Origin: Phoronis australis
Taxonomy: Eukaryota; Animalia; Phoronida
DNA length: 64,000 bases
Assembly: GCA_002633005.1 (NCBI GenBank)
Contig: NMRA01000021.1
Coordinates: 98,052 to 162,051, forward strand
Direction of reading: 5' to 3'
The notes under the pieces were generated by a model. It was not told the origin of the DNA and ran no database searches. It worked only from the letters and a program-made list of their open reading frames with translations. Shown here one piece after another: positions 24,636-36,250 of the stretch. Both the position numbers and the translations under genes were made by a program. How positions within the stretch are numbered: the stretch's first letter is position 1; every line of letters starts with the position of its first letter.

Positions 24636-25639
24636 GGACTATAACATTACTCCCAGGTAACAATAAAAATGCACGTGATTGACTTACAAGTGACAAAGAC
24701 ACTTAATCTGTGAGTACGACAGAGGTTACTGGTATATTTCTTTCAGACATGGCCAAATACTTTAGCTGTTTATTTACTTTTGTATCCTATGAAAACTGTT
24801 CAAGTGTAAGTAATAAATTAATATAAAACATTGTTTTGCAGTTTTTTTAATTATGAAACAAAAGGTTGTGATGTCATGATTGGTTTGCGCTCCTTAGAAT
24901 CTCGTTGCTGTAAATTTTGCAACATATATTACAAGTGATGAACATTCATAACACCACATACTTTGTCGTCTCATTCACTATATTTAAAGTAGCGACGTGC
25001 TCCACTTGTACTCAGGCGTTGCAGTTGAACACTAATGAATGCGCTCATGCTTGAACTCTTCGGCTATAATGCTACCAACTTTGGGTTCTATTAATATCAG
25101 CACTCACAAAACCGGATTTTATTAAAACGACTATTTCATACAAATTCCACTGGACACTGAACGAAATAGAAACGTCAAAAACATCTGAACCTGACACTCA
25201 TTTACTGAAGTTATGTAGTTGGTTCGACTATGCAGAACCCTTTTTAAACAAAAAGTCTAATTAAGATATTCACTTGTCCAATGATATATCCCCAACACAA
25301 ACCAACGTCTTCCTTTAGTCACCTGGCTTTTGTCACACTGAAGCACAAGTCGATATTGGGTTGAAAATTAAACAATAACTGTGCTGCATATACGATAAAA
25401 AATCAGAAGAATTGGAATAGAGAATAATTCAATTTTATTATCTGACATGTGGCGGGTTTGAAAGACTAACAATTCTACATTATACTTTATCAGCAAGCTG
25501 CTTTACAACAACACAAATATATACTCTACATAAATATCATAATCAACACCAGAGTAACCACTGACAGCTTCTTCTACATTCTTAGTGTTCATTATGGTGG
25601 TGAACTGCAATGTTTATCTGACTTCACAGCCCTAGATCC

Positions 25640-28600
25640 TCACACTTCATGTCTTCTTGGAAGTGGAGTGTTGTCTATTTGCCTAACATCAGCTCTATTA
25701 CCAATATTCCCACGAATACTATCCACAGCCAAGCTTCCAGCAGTGCGCAACTGAATCATTGCTGCACAGTGGGATTGTCATTGGCACCACCCTTGTGTCT
25801 ATAATGACCAAAATGTTGTTCTAAAGTGTCCTGGTTAAAAGAAGAAGTTAAGACAAATGGTGCACCCTGTTCTAACAGAAACACCATCAATTCAACCACT
25901 GACCTCACAGTTATTTCAATACCAGTCAATGTCTGGTGGCTCAACAACATTTTTGCCTTGGCTGCTTTACCAAAGCCAGCTCTGTTATTCACTGCATCAG
26001 TCCAGTTGTGGAAAAAACCCGAGACATTCATCCAATAACCAGTTCAGTCGCTCATCATTAACACTTTTATATGCCTCCAAATCTGAGTTCTTAGCCCTAA
26101 CACCTTCCTTTAAATTTTTAGTATTTAACAAGTCAAACATTTTATTAATAATTCGAATAAACTGGACAGTTCCTGCTACTTCATTTCCATAATAGAATTC
26201 TAAAGCATTGCTACTGTACTGCTCATTAACTGTGCAGCAAGATTAACTTTCATACATGAAAATGGCACCTGCNTTGTCATTGGCACCACCCTTGTGTCTA
26301 TAATGACCAAAATGTTGTTCTAAAGTGTCCTGGTTAAAAGAAGAAGTTAAGACAAATGGTGCACCCTGTTCTAACAGAAACACCATCAATTCAACCACTG
26401 ACCTCACAGTTATTTCAATACCAGTCAATGTCTGGTGGCTCAACAACATTTTTGCCTTGGCTGCTTTACCAAAGCCAGCTCTGTTATTCACTGCATCAGT
26501 CCAGTTGTGGAAAAAACCGAGACATTCATCCAATAACCAGTTCAGTCGCTCATCATTAACACTTTTATATGCCTCCAAATCTGAGTTCTTAGCCCTAACA
26601 CCTTCCTTTAAATTTTTAGTATTTAACAAGTCAAACATTTTATTAACAATTCGAATAAACTGGACAGTTCCTGCTACTTCATTTCCATAATAGAATTCTA
26701 AAGCATTGCTACTGTACTGCTCATTAACTGTGCAGCAAGATTAACTTTCATATATGAAAATGGCACCTGCTGAGCTTTGGACATAAGGAATATAAGTTAT
26801 TTTCACAGTGCTGCTCATACAGCCGAGTTATGTGCTGCCATAGCATATCTTGTCCATTCCACAAAAATCTCGAGTACATGTGCTCCAGAGTTACTAAAGC
26901 AATTGCGGGTCGTTTTCAACAGATGTGGGGATCAGAAATAAAATACAGTTACAGTTTACAAATAGAGATGGGATTTGCACATCGGTACACTAGACGTTCT
27001 AAATTTTCATCATTACCAATTCTATGCAAATTGAAAAACTTTCTATTGGGTGATGCCCCATCACAAGTGATAAATATCACACGCAGATTGAGATCAATCT
27101 CAAGAACTTCAATACATTTCCAAATGACAAGATACAAGAAGTAACTAGTAATGCCATCAGTTGCATAATTAGCTAAAGGGAACTTGAGACTAGATGTTGC
27201 ACCCCTCACCATTATTACCAATACATACTTAGCAACAGTTGAACCTTGATTGTGTAAAACATCTCTTAAATTTTGTAGCTGCTCAGCTACGCTCTCCAAC
27301 TCCACATAACCTATCGGTTCACCTGTGTGCTTATTATACACTAATTCGTCCTTAACCAGGACTTCGTCCTGCAGTAAGCCCACGAATTTCTTGTGCCCAA
27401 CAGTATAGCACCCTTCCTTTTCACAAACTTGCCTTAGTTGACTCAACACATCATGCTGAACACCACACTTTGAGACTTGAAAATGGCTATAATCATATAA
27501 AGTCCTAGAGCTAGGTAAATTGATGAAACCACTGTCTCTCATGGCCTCATAAGCTTTACTAGACTTGGACTTCAAGTATAAACACCACCTAATCACCATT
27601 GGATGCCATTTCATCCCCTTACTACTCTGACTATTGTTAAATTTCAGTTGTTGCTCCCAGAACAGACGCTGGTAGCTATCGCTTGGGAAACTGCTTTGCA
27701 CCTCTGTCTCAAAACTGTGCAATTTTCGAGAGTGAAAAACTATCAGAGTCTGAAAGACGCTGACCGTGCACATCTATTAGATCTCCCAACTGCTTGCTCA
27801 GAACCTTAACCCGATTGCCTAACGGTTTCTAGTTCTTTTTATTTTCAATAAGTTTGAGACGCAGTTCCGTAACGCTCATTGCACTTTCCCTCTTTCGGCT
27901 GTTAATTAGACTTTTGGGCTGAGATTAAACACGAGCCCGTGACAACATTTTCCTCAGGGTACCGCCGTACACTTTGCACTTCCTGCACTGTAGACCTGTT
28001 GCGGCAACTAAATCGCAATCTGTATGCCGAATTGTAGCTTTGTCACCATACATCTCTCTGTACGCTTGTATAGGGTTACAAGCTTGACTACTCAGTCCAG
28101 CACCAATAGGAACCAGGGTCTGAAAGTCTTCACGACAGTTGCCCACACACAAATTCCACTGGCTTAATTTTGATAAAAGTTGCAAGATACTGTGACTTGT
28201 GGAGAAATGTAGGGGCAAACCCAGCCAAAAGTCACTTCTTCCAGGTAGCGGTTTGCCATGGATGTTGACAACACCAAAAAAATTGTTATCAATTATCACT
28301 GAAACCTTTACCATAGGGTTGTGGGACTGGTACATGGCAAGAAATTGAATATGGCCATACTTGCTGTTGCACACAAAGTCACCTGGAAGCTCAATTTTGC
28401 TGATCACTTTTCTCAACCGCTCATACACCGTGTTGTAGTACATCAAGTCAGTATCTGTTTCATTGTCAACTTTTGTAGGCCCACTTGGAAGCATTAAATA
28501 GAACTCATTCGCATAGTGTCATTCGAAATCTGGTTTTTCATTTGTAACTTGATGTATTGCATTATACCCCTCACCATGAAAGTTTGGTATTTCCCAAAAG

Positions 28601-28752
28601 GATGAGTCAGGGACACTCTCAACTTGCGTCTGAACAGGGCCACTCTCAATTTGAGTCTCAGCATAGCCATGTTCTTCATGATGTACTTTCCCTTTACGTC
28701 TCTTCTTTCTTGGCCCCATGCCATGTTTTTACCTCTTCGGTGGCTGAGGCAT
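25640..28752 (-). mobile_element. P-element/THAP9-type transposase pseudogene lacking a THAP finger
   Basis: RLFWEQQ, GMKWHPMVIRWCLYL, LPSSRTL, LLQDE, FITCDGASPNRKFF, FDLLN, FNQDTLEQHFGHYR..GGANDNPT, DNTPLPRR*; several frameshifts. Confidence 0.9.
25775..26770. repeat. ~497 bp direct duplication around a single N at 26273 (probable assembly artefact)
   Basis: 25775-26272 is nearly identical to 26274-26770. Confidence 0.85.
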
Positions 28753-28865
28753 AACGTCCAAACTAGAAAGGTAAGGAAATAATAATGTAAAACGGATATA
28801 AAATGCATTTTTATCCACCTTCTTTTTACACTTCAAACTCAAATTTAAGTATTCCGAAGTGGTTC

Positions 28866-29022
28866 TCATTCATTCCCTTACATTCATTCACTCGATATTA
28901 CGACCAAGCTCTGGAGTAGGAGACACTTTTGTGCAATTCGCAGTTGTTTGCCAGTAAGGCCAGGATTCAAACCCCGGTCTACCGTATGGGAGCTCAAACC
29001 ACTGAGCCACACTGTGTCCCCC
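28866..29022 (-). mobile_element. tRNA-derived SINE
   Basis: Minus strand: GGGGG start, A box TGGCTCAGTGG, B box GGTTTGAATCC, (GAAT)n-like tail. Confidence 0.65.
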
Positions 29023-30039
29023 ATGTCTGAGCAAAAGCTTAAACTCAAAGCTGCAAGAAACCACTTCCATTAAAAAAGTTCTACCAGTACGAAAAAATAC
29101 ACAAATGATGAATGAAAGACTGTACGTCAAGAGTTCATTGTTAGTCACAGTGGGAGACTGATATGAAAACCATGTATGTAATCGATACAGAAATCGGGTA
29201 GGTGATAAAAGCGCGCTGTGAGCAAGAGGTCGAAACAGTGAATATGTCAAACTACCCGAATTAAAAAAAATTGGAGGATTTATCTCTTTTCATAACTTGC
29301 TGCGCTCTTGAACAGAGGTGAGAGGAGACACTCAGCATTCGTTCTTAACGGTCTATGCAGACGGGCAACTCTCTCAGGACTAAAGCTACATTTTCCCTGG
29401 CATCTTTCTATCATATGTACACATTGTTGTTGCAATGTTATGGCGAGTCAAATAAGTAGTAACCAAATTTCCAAGTGGTTTTGTTAAGTTCAAGGTGGTT
29501 CTTCTAAACCTTTTTTCTCACTACACGGCATATATTGCGTATTTGAAGTTCCCCCGAGAATGAAGATAATGTATTTTGTTAGACATATGTGAAATAATAT
29601 TGTAAAAATGACAAATTTTTGTGAATAAGGTATGAGACATCCTTAACCTCCAAGGAGCTGCCACACAACATTCCCAATAATGAAATCAAATTCTACAAGC
29701 CTTCTACTTTCAGAAAATATATACTTTTACTGACTGGTAAAAATGAAAGTTTTCTACATATTTTCAAAAATGCACAGACTTGTCAGAGTTCTACATGACT
29801 TTAATACCCAACACAATGTTCAAAGAAGCAATGCCATGTCAATACACAGGTTATTGTTAAAAACTGGTCTAAATTATTCTCTTACTAAAGTACTAAATAA
29901 CACTCCATATGAACACATTTTTTACCATATTACCTTGAAACCAAGGACTCCCAGCATGAAACCCAACACAGCCGTAAGGAAGATCAAGCAACCCCAAGGG
30001 CTTATTCGCAAAATGCGATTTCCATTTTTAGTTACTTAA

Positions 30040-30910
30040 CCCGCCAAACGCCACCTCAGTTTACAGCATTACTGTTCTCACACTAGCAAAACCATGACAA
30101 ATGTGACAACTAGCAGTGACAAAAAATGCGAGTTTTGCTCCCCTGAAAATTTTTTGAGAATTTAAGTATTGTTCAGAGCATTCTAGAGACACTGAAAAAT
30201 ATTGGTTTGGGCAGTCACCTGATGTGTCAGACCAGTTGCTTAGATAAAGAAGCTCGCTCTTCACACTAAAAAATTTCAAAGAGGCCTCTTTTAAAACCTC
30301 TTTGAAAAATCGAAAGGCATCAATATAATAGAGAACACTCAAAAACGGTACGTTTTGTTCAAAATGAAAAAATCAAGTGTTTTCATGATATTTTTAAACA
30401 AATCGGAGGCAAAAACAAGCAAGTTGAAGGAACCTGTTAATCAGGTCTAGGAGAACACTGGCAAGTATGATTAGGGTGAATAACCTGGACCACTACCAAT
30501 AACAGCTAGTGACGTGTATTTCAAACTGGTGCCCACTTGTATTGTAACCTATTACACAAAATCACGAATCTCTATAGAGTCTCGCTTCACAGCAAGCGCA
30601 ACCGAACTTTGTTTCTTTTCTCGTGTTCTGTTCGCTAAATTTTGCACAATGTTCACACCTTCCTTTGCAAGTAAATGTGCCAGATGTTATTATGTTTACA
30701 CTTTCATGTCCCTCTTCTTCCAACATTGGCAATTTGTAGCGAACGTTTGACTTTCTGCCTGGGCGTTTTCTGCTACAAAAAGTTTCCATCAACTTCTTCG
30801 CTAACAACAGGAGAAACTCTTTTTGAGTCGACATCTTGGCAGTAGTCTCTCTATACATAATAGAGGAATTTACACGCACTGGGTCTACCGCGAGCGACAA
30901 AAAAGGCGAA
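30040..30910 (-). mobile_element. piggyBac 3' end remnant
   Basis: TTAA (30036-30039) followed by a CCC terminus; C-terminal transposase VNSSIMY..QKEFLLLLAKKL..RCEHC..ETKFGCACC. Confidence 0.75.
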
Positions 30911-31271
30911 GCTGTTTTTCTTACACTTAGAAAGTGTTCGCCTGATCTCAGATGGCGTTATTTCAGCAAGCATTTGGTGGTCATCTACGCGTTCTTGCGT
31001 AATTGTGTTAAGGGTATTGAACAGATGTGCTTTTCGGACCATTGCACAGTCTACGAGGCGTTTTGTCATATTGCAGAAGATCGGGTCTTCGTACATCCTG
31101 TGGGTTCTCAAGAGTTTTGGCAAACACTTTGGCCTTGTCTGAGTTAGAGGAGGCAGTTTTGTTGTCATGAATCAATGGTTTTGCACTCTGGTGGTTGCGA
31201 TTGCCCGTGCCTGTAATCCTCTTAAAGGCCTGCCAAAAGCCTTTGCCCCTTTCCTCATTAAGAGACTCACA

Positions 31272-32324
31272 TCATTGCATGAACGATTGCCTTTTCTCCT
31301 GCTTGACGGCGTTCTCGACGCGTCTTTTCAGTACATTGTAGATGTTCCGGTACATCGGGTTGTCGGGGTAGACCTGGGTCTTGCGCCTGATTTTGCGTTT
31401 GAGCCGGATAAGCATCAGTGTGTCTGCTGAGCATCGCCATGTGAATGGGCGTATCTTCACAGTGGTACAGTTTTTATCCAATGCGTTGTTTATAGCATTG
31501 CTTAACGCTTGAGAGGTGTGATCAATATCGTCTGGAGTGCGGAGTGGGCTCTCCGTACTATTTATGTTGGTCTCCACATCCCACTGAAATTGTTGCCAGT
31601 TGGTTTTCTTAAATGAGCGCTTGTAAGCTTGTGGGAGGGAGTCTAGCCGGCCTCTGGCGTTATCTGATTTCAGGTGTACCAGTAGGTGGTCACTCATTAG
31701 GTCGCCCCTAACCTCGCATTCATGCACTGAGCTGAGTAGAGATCGGGTAATGAATAAGAAGTCCAAGACTTCGCGGTGCTGGATCTGGCGGCGTGCGCCA
31801 GTCCACTGCTGGTAAGTGGGCTCACCAGTGTCGTTGACTAGGTACAGATCTGAGTCTTCAACGGCTTCGAAAAGTATCTCGCCTTCTATGTCAGTTTTTC
31901 TGTTTCCGAAGAACAGATGCTTGGAGTTGAAATCGCCCATAAATATGCATTGTCTATAAGAGTTCGTGAAGTGCCTGAATAGGTACTTGTCTCCTGTACT
32001 CCCCGGAGGGTTGTAGATGGACACGATTGTTGTGGTTTTGCTTTTGATGCGGCATTCAACCGCCACTACTTCCGCTGAGAGCATATTTGTGTCAGTGGGA
32101 GTGAAATCAACTCCTTGCCTGACAAGGATGCCCACCCCGCCGCCCGAGCGGTCGGAGCGATCTCTCCGTATAATGCTGTAGCCAGGTATTGTGAATTTGA
32201 TTTTGTCGGACAGCCAGGTTTCGTTCATGGATACTACGTCTGCTTTTTCGTCGGCAAGATACTCTATTAGAATTTGCCGTTTACCTCTCGCCCCATTGAG
32301 GTTAATGTGTAGTAGACTAGCCAT
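31272..32324 (-). CDS. LINE ORF2 apurinic-like endonuclease domain (continues frameshifted to ~30910)
   Basis: HINLNG, NETWL, RRDR..GGGV, IYNPPG, MGDFNSKH, LDFLF, SDHL motifs. Confidence 0.9.
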   Translation of the reverse strand: MASLLHINLNGARGKRQILIEYLADEKADVVSMNETWLSDKIKFTIPGYSIIRRDRSDRSGGGVGILVRQGVDFTPTDTNMLSAEVVAVECRIKSKTTTIVSIYNPPGSTGDKYLFRHFTNSYRQCIFMGDFNSKHLFFGNRKTDIEGEILFEAVEDSDLYLVNDTGEPTYQQWTGARRQIQHREVLDFLFITRSLLSSVHECEVRGDLMSDHLLVHLKSDNARGRLDSLPQAYKRSFKKTNWQQFQWDVETNINSTESPLRTPDDIDHTSQALSNAINNALDKNCTTVKIRPFTWRCSADTLMLIRLKRKIRRKTQVYPDNPMYRNIYNVLKRRVENAVKQEKRQSFMQ

Positions 32325-32364
32325 GTCGGAAACACGTGGTGTCTCTTTTGGTACTGTCTAAATT

Positions 32365-33413
32365 TCACTGTCTGGTTATCAGCTGGAGGACCTGTGAGCG
32401 GTTCAGATCTGTCTTATAATTTGTGTTGACTGAGTCAACGATCAGCTGGCTGACTTCTTCTTTTCCGAAGTCGAGCCCTAATTTGTTGCCATTATGCCCA
32501 CTGCCAGCTCGGTGAGTGTCATCGCCAGTCTGAGGACCTCAAGGTTGTTTGACGGGCCCTTTGCGGCCTGAGCGTATGACAGCGGCTTTGTTTTAGTTGC
32601 TGTCTTGTATTCAGTATAGTGTTTGCATGACCTGTGGTTCGCTGGGTGGGGGCCACCGCAGTTAGCACAGGTCGGTGCTTCCTCACGTTTGTCGCACTCT
32701 GATGATTTGTGGTTATTACCACAGTGATTGCATTTGTCCACTTCGAACTGAATTGGCTGTATTCACGACACTTGTAGCATTGAAGGACTGTTTCTGTCCT
32801 ATATTTCTCAGACTTGTGCCTCATCAGTCCTATGAAGGCACCATCTTTGATGATACTGTCTGTCATATGTGTCTCTGTCAGGACAGGAGACTTTAACTTT
32901 GCGGGTCGGCTGGGCCAGCTTTCTCGATATCAGCCGTTTGGCTGTAAAGCCGTTGTCAAGGGCTTTTTCTATTTCGCTGTCTGTCAGCTTGTTCGAGACG
33001 TTAAAGAGCACAAGCGTGAGGTCACGCGAGTCGCTCTTGCGATCAATAGGGTTGCGGAATGTGCAACCCTCAAATTGCTGCAATGTGTGTCCCTTTGCTA
33101 GGAGGGACGTACAGGACTTGTGGTCCTCGGTGAAAACCAGCAGGTGACCACGCTTACCGAAGATCACCTTTTTGACTTTGAAGCCCGCTAAGGCTTTCTG
33201 CATGGCAATGCCGTTCCCGCGGAGGGCCGCAGGTGTGGGCATCACCACGACTGGAGCTTTGGAGTTGCCTCCTGGGTGGTTGTTCTCTGTTTTCTCGGTC
33301 TTGCGTTTCTTAGGAGTGACCAGTGTCCACTACGATGTTTTGTCCCAGTCTTGGTCGGGGATTGCGTTTGTCCCTTCAATCTCTTTGATGGTGGCTGCGA
33401 GGCAGTCATCCAT
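32365..33413 (-). pseudogene. LINE ORF1 gag-like nucleic-acid-binding protein, disrupted
   Basis: QCYKC, CNHCGNNHKSSEC, CANCGGPHPANHRSC, SYAQAAK. Confidence 0.85.
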
Positions 33414-33469
33414 CGCCCTGCTAGAATGAATATGTACATTAACATTATAAGTCATCTAAATAACCTGTG

Positions 33470-33736
33470 TGTGACGAACAAAATACCTTAACATGCAACA
33501 AACATTTTGCAACCAACAGCAAAATTCAAAGATAATAACAAAATTATAGTATTGAAATCTACATATAGGTTAGATATTTGATTATCTAAAGTAAAAACTA
33601 TGGCTAACAAAATACCTTAACATGCAGCAAATGCAATGAATAGAATTCAAAGCTCGTAACGATGATATAAAAATCTAAATATAGATTAGATATTTGATTA
33701 TCTAAAATAAAATCTATGACCAACAAAATACCTTTA
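33470..33736. repeat. ~120-bp tandem repeat whose third unit is split by piggyBac (resumes at 36218-36250)
   Basis: aacaaaataccttaacatgca at 33477 and 33606; third unit aacaaaatacc at 33722, with ttaacatgcaacaaatgcaatgaa at 36218. Confidence 0.8.
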
Positions 33737-36217
33737 CTCTTTCACCACCAACTAACTCACCAGCCTTAATGCCCTGAACACCAAGTAACTTTGGGGAAAT
33801 ATACAAAATGTAAGTCATTTGTTTAAAACTATGCTCTGGACTCATTTTTTGGTGGAATTTAATGAGTGTCCCATCAGATTGAAGGGTTTGAGATGTACTT
33901 TATTGTGGGTGACCTACCTTGGACAAAACTTCATTTGGACAGGTGTGACAGGTGAGTATAAACAGGTAAGATGTATTTTTATGGTATTTTAGCACCTATT
34001 TTATGTGACTTGGAAATAAAAAATACATTTATATGTCACACTACAATGACCACTTAACATAAATCAGCTAGGTAAGTACAGGTAAATTTCTCAGTCGCTA
34101 AAATCCCACGTCAATGGAGACTTCAAGTATAGTAAGCATGCATGCATATAAAGTTAAGAAATAAATTTAGGTTAATTTAATACATCATCTACATATTCCT
34201 AACCTGCTTATGAACATGTTACCTGCTTGCTTAAAGAAATTTACCTGTAATTATTGCCAATAGTACACCTTCTTGTGATAATCTCTATAACAGTTTGTGC
34301 CTGCCTTACAACACGATGAGATATTACATTTTCTACAAGCCATAGATGTTTTTGTTCTTTTGAAGGGGTTGTCTTTTGTTAAAACACATGGGTGCCCTGT
34401 TTTGTAATTGTTATTTTTTCAAACACACAATATAAAGTTTGTCATTGCTACCACTCGTAGTTGGTAAGTGCGTTATGTTGTCCAGTCTCAACTGTGTCAC
34501 AGCATCCCCTGAAGCAGCTGACCAAGGCCCTTGAAGGGCCTCTTATCTCATACATTACCAGTCAGGGAATGAGCTACAACATATCCCTTTTCCGACCACA
34601 TGCTGGATTTTGGTTGACGATGGTACCTTCTATTACAAAAGCATTGTACAAAGCGAGTGCCCTTAGCTTCGTTTATATTTTGCAGTACCATCATAGGGAT
34701 TTCGTTTCTTTGGACATTCTTGTCATTTGATCTAATCTGTCTACTCCCCCCATGCATCTAGAGTAATCAACTTTAGCTGGGGTAGCAGACAGACGTTCAA
34801 CAGTACCATCCTTTTTTCCTTACGTTGACAAATAATACACAATTCTATTGTCCGTCCAATATGATGCGACAGCAAAGTCACACATTTGCCAGTCAGATGC
34901 ACCCGAGGAAGTTTTTTGGCATCTTTTGCTGGAACCACTAGATCTGTTGGGAAGCATTTGCGTGACGGACAAATGGTGCCGCACAGGTCGGTGTTCTGCT
35001 GATAAAGGTAGTCGGCGAGAGGTAGACTAGTGTAAAAATTGTCCGTGTATATTATTTGCCCCTTCTGTTCCAAAGATTTGCAAAGTTCTATTACTACTTT
35101 AGATGAGAGTCCAAATGTTTTGCTCTCAACAGTATCCTTTTTTCCCACATATACTTCAAAGTTATAACAGTAAGCTGAAACAGCATCAGCAACGACCCAT
35201 AGTTTGACACCCCATTTCACTGGCTTATCTTTCATGTACTGCTTCATCCCAAGGCGACCTTTAAAAGGTATTGACTCATCCACAGTAACTTCTCGATGAG
35301 GTTAGTATTCTGACAAGAATTTTTCTCTAATATATTCTACCATAAAACGAACCTTATGAAGTTTATCATCATCATGTGGTTGGGAGTCGTTGCAAAAATG
35401 CAGGTAACATTTTATTTGCAAATAACGTGTTCGGGACATAATTTCTCCAGTGATTGGTGTTATTACTCCAGTAAAGTTCCTCACGATGTCCATCAAAAGT
35501 TGCAATCCATAAAAACTTTTCAACTCATCCCTTACAAGTTCCGACCACTCACCTTTGTGGGAGTCGGGGTGCTCTCGTAGCTCGTCTGCGCGTTCAAATT
35601 TGTGAGTTCAACAACTTTATCAAACAGATAGTGTGTATAGAACACTTGAAAATATTCTGTTGATCGTGTGCTGCTGTCATATACACGTGTAGGGCCAACA
35701 AACTCCCTAAATTCGTGAATTTGCCTAGGATTTTCCGACTTGACCCAATTTTGAAACACGTGGCCACGGTAAGTCTCTTCGGCATCGAATCCCTTGAAAT
35801 CGCAATCGCCGATGTCCTCATTATCTTCAAAATGTTCATTTCAAAACCTTTCTACATCTTATTGTTCTTGTCTGGTTAGCTCAAGTAGATTAAAAACTCT
35901 GATATTATCCAAAGTTTCATCGTCAGATGACTTACTCGGACACGCTGTCGAACATTTTGTTTGATTTGATCTCATTTTTGTTCTTGGAAAATACCCCTAT
36001 TTATAAACGTCACTTTCACTCGACAAATCAAAAATGTTCTTAGAATTATAAGTACAAAGCATGCAAATTTCGATGACATCACATGGAATTCCCTCTTTTC
36101 AACCAAACGTATCATTTCTTAGAAGTTTAGGACTACCGGAGACCGATTTAGCGGGCTGTGGTGTGGAATGGAGGTAAGGTTCTCAGACCGATTTTCCGGT
36201 CTGCGGTGTTAAAAGTG
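33737..36217 (-). mobile_element. Full-length but decayed piggyBac (2481 bp)
   Basis: TTTA/TTAA flanks; imperfect 13-bp TIRs ctctttcaccacc / cacttttaacacc; transposase VDESIPFKGRLGMKQYMKDKPVKWGVK, YTDNFYTS; C-terminal Cys-rich CRKC..CYRDYH near 34.3 kb. Confidence 0.88.
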
Positions 36218-36250
36218 TTAACATGCAACAAATGCAATGAAAAGAATTTA

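Larger units (their letters stand above)
30910..33421 (-). mobile_element. Non-LTR retrotransposon (Jockey/I group), truncated before the RT domain
   Basis: GC-richer block; ORF1 with three zinc knuckles, ORF2 APE endonuclease; ends at EITPSEIRRTLSKCKKNS. Confidence 0.88.

Noticed and set aside
25775-26770. Internal duplication in the P transposase (ORFs 25756-26031 and 26243-26638)
   Set aside because: Near-identical copies joined at a single N; overlap artefact of scaffolding.
28950-29022. tRNA gene
   Set aside because: A and B boxes are present but there is no convincing cloverleaf; it continues into a core shared with 310-380 and a simple-repeat tail, so it is a SINE.
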